From the NCBI GenBank assembly GCA_964016885.1, contig OZ024741.1, positions 69,750,001 to 69,814,000 on the forward strand: a stretch of 64,000 nt of DNA, given 5' to 3'. The translations under genes were made by a program, and so were the position numbers. Positions 41,368 to 51,254 of the stretch are shown in pieces. How positions within the stretch are numbered: position 1 is the first letter of the stretch; the number at the start of each line of letters is the position of its first letter. A model generated the notes under the pieces. The model saw nothing but the letters and a program-made list of their open reading frames with translations. It did no database searches and had not been told where the DNA came from. This stretch comes from Eledone cirrhosa (Eukaryota).

Positions 41368-44300
41368 TTGGCCACTACTGCTGACCTACCAGCGAGAGGG
41401 TATTACAGTTGAGGGTCAAAACACCCAATGAATGTTGGACATCCTCTGATGTCATCAACACCTCTTGATCAAGGCTTATGTTTACCGAAGGTGAATGAAT
41501 GTGAGGCATCTTCTTGCTATAAACATTTGGATTAACAAAGGGTTTCTCTTAGTAGTTTTTTCATGACGTTATTATTGTTAATTTTACTGATGTAGTATTA
41601 ACTTATTAACTTGGATATTTACCATGCGGTATTCTAATCCTATTGTATCTCTCTCAGTTATTTACCATGCGACCCTCAGTTCCTACCCCCCCCCTCTCTA
41701 TGCACTTCTTTAAGGCTTACTACCCTGTCTTTAACCTAATTCATTCAATCTGAAAATATTGAAGAGATAAGACACTTTCCCATTCTTCTCTGCTAAAATG
41801 TATCACTAGAGCTGATTCCAATTTTTCCAGCCATCCATCTAATCTACGAAGGTATTTTAGCCTACATATTGTCGTTAATATTATGATGTTCCCTGCTGTA
41901 TTAGCGTTAAATTTTCCCTGCTGTATTAGCGATAAATTTTCGAGGGTTTCTCTTAGTAGTTTTTTCATGACGTTATTATTGTTAATTTTACTGATGTAGT
42001 ATTAACTTGGATATTTACCATGCGACCCTCAGTTCCTACCTCACAATTTCCCTCCCCCCCACCCCCACACACCACCATAGTCTATTCGACCAATCAAACC
42101 TAGCATGCCATTTCCACTGCTGCTGCTACTACCTGCCTAACTAACTCTCTCCTCCTCTGGCGCATCCCAACACACCCTGCCATTACCCCACCACCACTGT
42201 TTTTCTAGCCCTCAATTTTCCCACCGTTATGGATGGATGAGCTGGGAATACACGAGCAACTCTGAATCAATAGATGAAATATGAATCTGCGAGCTACCAA
42301 GCACCCACGTGAAGCGCCAACCCAGAGACCCTCCCCTACGAGTGTCGACAAATGCCCAAAACTCCGAGTTGGTACCATCAATGTAGGCTCAATGAAAGGA
42401 AGAGCAGGAGAAATCGTAGAAATGCTAGAGCGAAAGGAAGTTGATGTATGCTGTGTGCAAGAGACTAGATGGAGAGGAGGGTCTGCTAGAGTCCTTGTAG
42501 GAAAAAGCCAGTGCTACAAATTTTTCTGGGTGGGAAATGACGATGGGATGGGTGGTGTAGGTATACTATTAGCTGACAAGTGGGTAGATAAAGTAATCTC
42601 AGTGTACAGGGTAAATGCAAGAATCATTAAACTCAGACTAGTCCTGAATAAGACAATTACCACAATAATATCAGCTTACGCACCCCAATCGGGGCTGCCA
42701 GACGAACTTAAGGATAGGTTTTACGAGTCCCTAATACACACTACTGCTCTAACAGACGACAAGGACTTCCTAATCATTGCAGGAGATTTTAACGGACACG
42801 TAGGTAAACACTGCGACGGCTTCAATAGAGTACATGGAGGCCATGGAGTTGGCACAAGGAATGAGGAAGGATTCAGACTTCTAGAATTCTGCGACGCCAA
42901 TGACATGTCGATATGTAACACAAACTTTAAAAAACCCGACAACCACCTGATCACCTATAGATCAGGGGAGCACTCTAGTCAGTTAGATTTTATCCTCATC
43001 AGAGGACGTGACAGATGGACGGTCGAAAACACAAAAGCCTTCCCTAGTGAGGAATGTACATCCCAACATAGCTTAGTTGTCAGCGACCTCACGGTCAGAA
43101 CTAGACGAGCCCTGAAACAGAGGCCAACCTGGAGAAGAAAGATCTGGAAGCTGAAAGTCCCCTCAACCAGTAACAGATTTAAAGATATTTTACTCAACGC
43201 CTACGACAGTAAAGAAGAACAGATAGAGACATTTAACGTAGAAGAGAACTGGGAGTTCCTAAAAAATAACTTACTAGAGGCGACGGATGAGGTTTGTGGC
43301 TGGAGTAAGACCTCAAGCAGGAGGAGAGTGACTTGGTGGTGGAACAATAAGGTAGATGAAGCAGTCAAGGCCAAGAGACAGGCATGGAAAGAATGGAAGA
43401 ACGGGGGGAGCAGGGTACATTACATAGAGACCAAGAGGGAAGCTAGGCGACAAGTATACTTAGCTAGGAGGGAAGCAGAGGATAGAAAATTCAAGCATGT
43501 TTTACAACGTGAGGACCAGAAACAGGAGGTATTCAAGATTGCGAGGCAGTGTGTCAGAGATAGTTGTGATGTCATTGGAGAGAAGTGTATCCGGAATGAT
43601 AAAGGTGAGCTTGCCCTCACAAGTGCTGAGAAGAAAGATGCATGGAAGAGTCATTATGATAGATTACTAAATGAGGAGAATGCATGGGAAGAAGAGACCC
43701 TACCCCACGTAGACCCTATAGAGGGACCAGCAGTACAAGTCAGCGGCAGCGTAGTAAGTAAGGCAATCAGAGATATGAAGATAGGGAAGGCAACCGGTCC
43801 ATCGGGTATAGCTGCCGAGATGCTGAAGGCATCTGGGTCTGTAGGTCACACTATAACCACACGTATCGTTAACCAGGTAATACTAGAGGGGGCCATACCA
43901 AAAGATTGGTGCAGTAGCATCATTGTCAACTGCTACAAAGGTAAAGGCGATGCACTAGATAGAGGAAACTATAGAGGTATAAAGTTGATGGACCAGGTCA
44001 TGAAAGTAACAGAAAGAGTTATAGCACAGCTGATTAGGGACCGGGTGAATATAGACGAGATGCAATTTGGGTTTGTACCAGGGAAAGGCACCACTGATGC
44101 CCTCTTCCTTGTGAGGCAATTACAGGAAAAGTACCTAGCTAAAAGTAAGCCACTCTACTTGGCATTTGTCGACCTTGAGAAAGCCTTTGACAGAGTTCCA
44201 CGTGCAGTAATCTGGTGGGCTCTTAGAAAACTAGGAGTAGATGAATGGCTTGTGAAAGCAGTACAAGCCATGTATAGGGGAGCAGTCAGCAAAGTTAGGA

Positions 44301-45700
44301 TTGGCAATGAGTATAGCGAGGAATTTAGCGTACAGGTTGGGGTCCACCAGGGCTCTGTTCTTAGCCCTCTCCTGTTCATCATAGTCCTGCAGGCAATAAC
44401 GGAGGAGTTTAAGACCGGATGCCCATGGGAACTCCTGTATGCTGATGACCTCGCACTCATAGCTGAATCTATGGTAGAACTAGAGAATAAATTCCAAACC
44501 TGGAAGCAGGGACTAGAGAGAAAGGGCCTCAAAGTCAACATGACAAAGACTAAGGTCCTTATAAGTAGACGAGAAAACAGAACCCAGATCCCCTCAGGGA
44601 AATGGCCTTGCTCAGTATGTAGGAAAGGTGTAGGTAGGAACTCCATTCTCTGCCCCAAATGCAAACAATGGGTACACAAGAGATGTAGCGGGATCTCAGG
44701 AAGCTTAATTAAGAATGTAGGATTCACATGCAGCAGCTGTGCTGAAACAGCAAGCAAACAGCCACAGGAAACAAGTACCACCAATCTCTGGGAGGGCCCT
44801 GTAGAAACAGTAGACAGCTTCTGCTACCTAGGTGACCGAATTAGCAACGGAGGTGGGTGCTCAGAAAGTACAATAACTAGGGTAAGAACGGGATGGAAGA
44901 AGTTTAGGGAACTACTACCACTGCTAGCTGCAAAAGGCTTCTCCCTCAGAATGAAAGGCAGACTGTATGATGCGTGTATCCGAACAGCGATGTTGCATGG
45001 TAGTGAGACCTGGGCGCTGAAGGTGGAAGACTTACGTAGATTAGAGAGAAACGAAGCCTGCATGCTCCGATGGATGTGTAACAGTAATATACGTGAACGA
45101 CAAAGCATAAAGGAATTGAGAGAGAGACTGAGCATAAGAGGAATCAAATGCTGCGTGCAGGAGAGGCGGTTACGCTGGTATGGACATGTGATGCGTATGA
45201 AGGATGACAGCTGCATAAAAAGGTGCAGAGCACTAGAAGTTGATGGAAACCGCGGAGTGGGGAGACCCAAGATGACTTGGGATGAGGTGATAAAAGCCGA
45301 CCTTACCCAACTACACCTCTCAAAGTCAATGACACACGACCGTGACTTCTGGCGTCACGCAGTAATACAGGGTACCCGACCTCCCATGGGTACATGCTGA
45401 AGCATATAAACAATATGCCCCCCCCCCCCCCACCGCAAGGTGGTCGTGGAGGTGCCACGGCAAAAAAGCACCCAGCCCACACTGTAAAGTGGACGTGTAG
45501 GCGCCACGAAAAAGCACCCAGCACTCACTGTAAATGAGGTTGGTGTTAGGAAGGGCATCCAGCTGTAGAAATCAAGCCAGATCAGTTCCTGTATGAACAA
45601 GGCATGGTCAGCCGACCAGACACTGCCCACAACAGGACAACCCGTCTAACCCATGCTAGCGTGGAAGAACGGACGTAAAACGGTGATGATGATGATGATG
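41368..45700 (+). mobile_element. Near full-length RTE LINE in the last C1GALT1 intron (5' boundary approximate)
   Basis: Contains ORF 42281-45400, a C-run at about 45418-45431, a repeat-containing 3' region and a (GAT)n tail ending at 45700. It interrupts a MITE-like repeat whose left part stops at about 41367 (..ctagtaat) and resumes at 45701 (aaacctgtttttagata..). Confidence 0.75.
42281..45400 (+). CDS. RTE-clade LINE ORF: APE endonuclease + reverse transcriptase, 1039 aa, uninterrupted
   Basis: Endonuclease motifs GTINVGSM, CVQETRW, SAYAPQ, GDFNGHVG, LDFIL, SQH. RT motifs NYRGIKL, QFGF, AFVDLEKAFD, GVHQGSVLSPLLF, LLYADD, FCYLG. RTE C-terminus RLRWYGHVMR...RGVGRPKMTW. Confidence 0.97.
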   Translation: MNLRATKHPREAPTQRPSPTSVDKCPKLRVGTINVGSMKGRAGEIVEMLERKEVDVCCVQETRWRGGSARVLVGKSQCYKFFWVGNDDGMGGVGILLADKWVDKVISVYRVNARIIKLRLVLNKTITTIISAYAPQSGLPDELKDRFYESLIHTTALTDDKDFLIIAGDFNGHVGKHCDGFNRVHGGHGVGTRNEEGFRLLEFCDANDMSICNTNFKKPDNHLITYRSGEHSSQLDFILIRGRDRWTVENTKAFPSEECTSQHSLVVSDLTVRTRRALKQRPTWRRKIWKLKVPSTSNRFKDILLNAYDSKEEQIETFNVEENWEFLKNNLLEATDEVCGWSKTSSRRRVTWWWNNKVDEAVKAKRQAWKEWKNGGSRVHYIETKREARRQVYLARREAEDRKFKHVLQREDQKQEVFKIARQCVRDSCDVIGEKCIRNDKGELALTSAEKKDAWKSHYDRLLNEENAWEEETLPHVDPIEGPAVQVSGSVVSKAIRDMKIGKATGPSGIAAEMLKASGSVGHTITTRIVNQVILEGAIPKDWCSSIIVNCYKGKGDALDRGNYRGIKLMDQVMKVTERVIAQLIRDRVNIDEMQFGFVPGKGTTDALFLVRQLQEKYLAKSKPLYLAFVDLEKAFDRVPRAVIWWALRKLGVDEWLVKAVQAMYRGAVSKVRIGNEYSEEFSVQVGVHQGSVLSPLLFIIVLQAITEEFKTGCPWELLYADDLALIAESMVELENKFQTWKQGLERKGLKVNMTKTKVLISRRENRTQIPSGKWPCSVCRKGVGRNSILCPKCKQWVHKRCSGISGSLIKNVGFTCSSCAETASKQPQETSTTNLWEGPVETVDSFCYLGDRISNGGGCSESTITRVRTGWKKFRELLPLLAAKGFSLRMKGRLYDACIRTAMLHGSETWALKVEDLRRLERNEACMLRWMCNSNIRERQSIKELRERLSIRGIKCCVQERRLRWYGHVMRMKDDSCIKRCRALEVDGNRGVGRPKMTWDEVIKADLTQLHLSKSMTHDRDFWRHAVIQGTRPPMGTC

Positions 45701-45801
45701 AAACCTGTTTTTAGATATATTTTACTAAATTATCACAGGATATATTTTTATATATCTTACGTACTTTTCTCTGTCTCAGGTGGTATTTTTTTCTTTTTCA
45801 G

Positions 45802-46107
45802 GGTCCTGACTGCTGCAGTGACTATGCTATTAGTTTTCACTATGTAACTCCAAACATGATGTATGTACTTGAGTATATGGTGTATCATCTCAAGCCGTTT
45901 GGCTTACAAAATGAATGCCCCATTACGGACAAGTTAAAAACTGACAACACTGCTGTTCAACGTCTTCAAAGTAGCATCCAGCAACATCCATCCAGTAGTA
46001 GTAGTAGTAGTAGTAATAAAGATAATAAAGATAAAAAAACTAACACTACAAACAAACAGAAGCCCATTGCTGTAAAGGCTAAACAAAAGAAAAAGGCATT
46101 AACATGA
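45802..46107 (+). CDS. C1GALT1: T-synthase terminal coding exon
   Basis: Acceptor ttttttctttttcag| ending at 45801. In frame with the previous exon it gives [34 protein letters not shown], the conserved C1GALT1 C-terminal motif, then a low-complexity tail and TGA ending at 46107. Confidence 0.93.
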   Translation, partial: GPDCCSDYAISFHYVTPNMMYVLEYMVYHLKPFGLQNECPITDKLKTDNTAVQRLQSSIQQHPSSSSSSSSNKDNKDKKTNTTNKQKPIAVKAKQKKKALT

Positions 46108-46529
46108 GAAAGAAAAATTAACAAGAAAAAACTATAACAAATTACTAATAATACTATTAATAATATTTTTAATTTAGGCTCAAGACCAGGAAATTTAAGG
46201 GAAAGGAAAAAAAATCGATTATATTGATCCTAGTGCTTGATGGGTACTATATATTATAAACCTCAACAACTTAAAGTAAGGTACCAGTCAAGTACTGGGG
46301 GTTGATATAATCAAATTTTTTTGTTTCCCTTAAGTTTCCTGGCCTTGTGCCTAAATTAGAAACGGTTAATAATAATTGATGTTAAAATTAACAAATCATC
46401 AACAGTAACAACAAAAACATGAACAAGTACAAAGTTGTTCTAATTAAACTGGTCTTACTGCTGCTCTGACAGACTGTCTGTCTGTCTGTCTGTCTCTTTC
46501 TGTTTGCATTAATTTTTTTTTCTTCTGAT

Positions 46530-46592
<63 letters not shown>

Positions 46593-47880
46593 TCATGCTG
46601 TTGATGAGTTGTGTGTGTTTGTGCGTTTGTTGTGTATTTGGTGTACATGCGCGTATGTTGTGCATGTGTGGTATCTGTGTGAATTTCATACATGCAGGTG
46701 CATGTGTTGTGCAAGTATGTGCCTTTTGAATGTGTGTATGAGCGTGTGCATACATTTTTGATGTTTGTGCCTGCATGCATGTGCACACTTATATTTATGT
46801 TTGTCCATTTGATGATAAACAAGAATTGACATTCCATGCACATGTACCTGCACACATATATTTATGTAAATATGCATGCTCATTCATATACACACTGTCA
46901 TTCTTTACTCCTTCTCCTTCATCTTAATATACCTTTTGTATTAAAGACATATATATATATATATATATATATAACTGCATATTCAAATGCAATTGCAGCA
47001 ACTGTGATGATGATGATGATTATGTTGATGATGATGATGATTCTTGGGGTATTCACTTTTTTTCAGGTTTCCATGCATACACACGTACACACACACACAT
47101 ATATTTATGTGGGTATATATGTAAATCTCGACATACACGTGGGTATATGTGTATTTGTCTATCTGTGCATGTGTGTGTGTGTGTGGGAATTTTCAATATG
47201 CATATATGCACATTGTGATTTACATCAAATGTGTTAAAGATATCATATGATATGGTTGATATTATTTGGTTGTGTTTTTATAGCCATATACAGTATTGAA
47301 GAGAGAATTATATAGAGTCGCATAAGTGATATACAGTTGTGCAACAATATTTACCCTGTGCTATGTTTTTTTTTCTTTGGCTGCTCATACTGACGTTAAG
47401 ATATTGTTCTCAAAATAAATAATATCAATATCTCATACATTCAATATTATGTGGGATAATTATGTGGGATAAAGCCTTTACCACAAAAATACAATTATAA
47501 ATTTAGAGTAATGTAAATACTAAAGGGTTAATGTTGCTCTAGGAAATTTGTCTTGGTTTAATTAACAACATACAGACTCCAGACTCTAAGGTAGAGTGAG
47601 TCAAACATGGAATGGCCAAGTATAGCCAAACTTCTTTGCTTATCTTTTTTTTTTCTCCCCGTTCTTTATTCCATTTTAATCACTCTCATCAATGCCCATA
47701 TTAACATCACTCTCTCACTCCCTCTCTCTCTCATACACATACAAATCTCTACATGTGTCAAGAATTGTGTGATGTGTTACAAGGGATATATGAAAAAGAA
47801 GATAATCTAATAAACACACATAAACACTAAGCTATATATATATGTTTCTGTGCTTGTGGTTATGTATCTGTGTATGTATG

Positions 47881-47911
<31 letters not shown>

Positions 47912-50295
47912 TAGTAATAATTATAAATGCGAAGACTAAAATCCAAAGAGGGCTCGATAAGGATAAATATATATCAAATATATAAGAACCCTAGAGCAAA
48001 TATTTATTAAAATAACAGATTAAAGTTTAAGCAAAGAATTGCTGCTTTCACCATTAAGGGTGAAAGCAGCAATTCTTTGCTTAAACTTTATGTATGTATG
48101 TATATATATATTGTAAACGTGGTTGGTGTTAGGAAGGGCATCCAGCTGTAAAAAACCCAACCAAACTACAGTTCCATTCGAGCATGGTACGGTGAGGCCA
48201 ACTTGCCTTATAGCATGGGCAACCTGTCTAACCCATGCAAGTGTGGAAAAATAAGCTGTTAAACGGTGCTGATGATGACTATATATATATATATATATAA
48301 TGTGCATATATACATCCACACACTCACATATGTAGTCTATTTAGGCTGATCCAGAGTTACAGACCTCTGGATCAGTTTAAATAAACTATTACACTCTACT
48401 ATGGCATTGAGTACTTTTTCTATAATTCAAAACCAATGCATGTGTGTGTATGTATGCATGTTTGATTGTGTTTGTATGAAGGCATACGAGTGTGTGTGTG
48501 TGTACACACATATATGGCAGAATTGGTGGAGTGTTGTACAAAATACTTTGACACTTTGTAATTTGAAATTATGGGCATCCTAAACATTGAAAATGAGTGT
48601 AATAACAGTCTATCACTATAAATAACAGTTCAGAAAATCAGATAAAATCCCCTTAGAGCCAGGAAAAGTGGACACATACATACCATACTCACAAATATAT
48701 ATAAATATATATTGCAAGTTGCACTAACATAGCCTGGTTCACAATAAGGGTGCTCATGAAAGCATTTATGATATGTTTATGTATAATAAACATATGAGAT
48801 ATACACTGAATTTTTGTTTGAGCTCTGATCATGTCAGTAGCTGTGAGAATGCCAGCCATCTAGTATATATGCACAGACACTAGTGTGTGTGTGTGTGTGT
48901 GTGTGAATACTAGATGGCTATCTTGTGTCCTGTGTGTGTGTGTGTACACTAGATGACTATCTGGTGTTGGCCGGGAAGGAGGAGGAGAAAGTTTTCACAA
49001 TTTCAGTTTTTTTCAATTCTTTTTCACTTAGCTCTAACCTTAGCCTTGACCCTAGATCAAAATGCTAAACTGTATACATTGCAGGAGATTTGGGGAGTGA
49101 CTGCATCTATACTTGAACAGAAAATTTTACAGAAATGTCCTATGAAATATATATTGTTCAATACAACTAAAAGTTTGGCTGTGGTTAAGAAGGACGTTTG
49201 GCAACTTTGTGGTTTTTGATTTGTTTAGGTGCCTTCTACTGTAGCATAGGGTTGGCCAGTATCTTGTGAGGGAGATTTGGAAAATGGATTATATGTGTAT
49301 GTGTATGTGTGTGTCTGTCCATGTTTGAGTTCTTGTTTTTGTCCCCTATTATAGTGGTTCATCAAATAGAGAAGTTTCAAATAGGTACCACATTGAAATA
49401 GGTATGTGGATTGATATGATCAACATAAATCTTGAAGATAGCACTCCAATATGACTGCAGAACTCTCAAATGACTTGAAACCATTAAAAACCTGAATCAC
49501 TTTTTATTGTTATTGTTCCTTTGCTTTGTTTATGAATGAAACAAAATTCAACAATAAATTGTTACTGATTAAAAAAATAAAAATACATGAAATGTATATA
49601 GTTTACTGTGTGGGTGTATACACGTACAAAAACATGCAAACATTCTCATTTCCATGTGTCCATGCAGTTTTTTTTAATTTTCATTTTCATTTTCCTTTGA
49701 TGGCTATAGATAATGGCTTTCTTTATTCCGTAATAAATAAATAAACAAGTGAACATACAGACAGATGAATAGACAGTTAGATAGATAGACAGACAGGTAT
49801 CTGAAAAGAAAGTTTGCTTTTGTACATATGCTGTTAACCTGTATTTATAATTGATTTCAGTTATCATTGCATATAATACCAGAAGTCTTGGCAGACTTAT
49901 ATATAGGATCATCAGATAAGACTGAGTCTTGTTTGATGATCCTGTTAGTACACAGGCGAAACTCCAGAGAAACAAGTCTCATTATATTGGCAGTATCGGT
50001 AGAGGGTTGGACATGCTTTCTAGCATAGTTACGTCCTTTTACGATCTGAGGTTAACTTTGCCTTTCATCCATACGGGGTCAATAAAATAAAGTACCAGTA
50101 ATGTACTGGGTAATTGCTGGCCTTGTGCCAAAAGTAGAAACAATTATTTAGCCATAGTAAAGAATATTTAAACTCTACTTTGGTATTGAGTACTCATTCT
50201 CTCGTCCATCAATATCACACAGATAAAAGATCCCTTATAGCCAGTGGAGCACTCAAGACTCTGTGATCTGGCTAGGACAAGGGAGATGCAAAGCA

Positions 50296-50326
<31 letters not shown>

Positions 50327-50888
50327 ATATCTAATGTAGTTGCGCTGCACCGTGCTAAGGTTCCTTCTTCTATTTCCTGGAAAGCAAGCACATTGAATGG
50401 TCCTTCGTGTTCTCCTCACAGTGCAGCATTGTTGAATCTGAAAGGAAAAGAGAGAAAAAAAATCAACACCATGACTGGCATTTTATTTGCTAACCATGAT
50501 AGGATTTGAACTCAGACTGGAAAGGTTCGAAAAATTTATATAAGATTAACGAACCATTACTCTAACGATTTTGTGAAACCACTGCATTAATTTGTTGAAA
50601 TGCTAGCAAACAAATCGATACTTATAAGACACCCCCCACCCACACACACACGCAAAAAAACAATCACCCCAGTTTACTTTACAATATAAATGTTCAACTA
50701 TAAATTATATTTATTGTTGTTTATTAATATTTTTACAAGTTTAATCAAAACAAACGTTCTTACAAAGAGTATTGGTTGGTTTTTTTCCTGTTCTTTCTTG
50801 AAAAATCTCATTATACTAATGTATAGAATGGATAAGTGGATACAATTCTTAGACAAACTCACAGACCAAGTTCAGACCTGCCTTAGTT

Positions 50889-51254
50889 GTTTCCCTGGGT
50901 TTCTGGACAGAAAAAGTTATGTGAAATGTGTCAGTTAATGTCAACCTCAACTATGGGTACTACATGTTTCCCTGGGTTTTTGGACAGAAGTTATTCATGT
51001 TTCAGTTAATGTAGGTACCACATATTTCCCTGGGGTTCTTGGCAGAACAAGTTATCCTACATGCTTCAGTTAATGTAGATGTCAACTGTAGGTACTACAT
51101 ATTTCCCTGGGTTTCTGGACAGAACAAGTTATTCCATATGTTTCAGTTAATATAGACTTCAGCTATGAGTACCACATGTTTCTCTAGATTTTCAGACAGA
51201 AAAAGTTGTTTTACATGTATCAGTTAATGTAGACTTAGCTATGGGTACCAAATG
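50889..51254. repeat. Degenerate minisatellite, about 60-bp unit, 5-6 copies
   Basis: tttccctgggtttctggacagaa..gttat..tcagttaatgt..tatgggtac.acat recurs. Confidence 0.8.

Noticed and set aside
44155-45270. Antisense ORFs of 209 and 148 aa inside the LINE (also 31799-32434 and 1585-2025)
   Set aside because: Shadow frames of the RT coding sequence with no recognisable motifs.
45770-45801. Alternative acceptor ctgtctcag| at 45779
   Set aside because: It lies 22 nt upstream of the true acceptor and would frameshift the conserved CCSD..SFHY motif.
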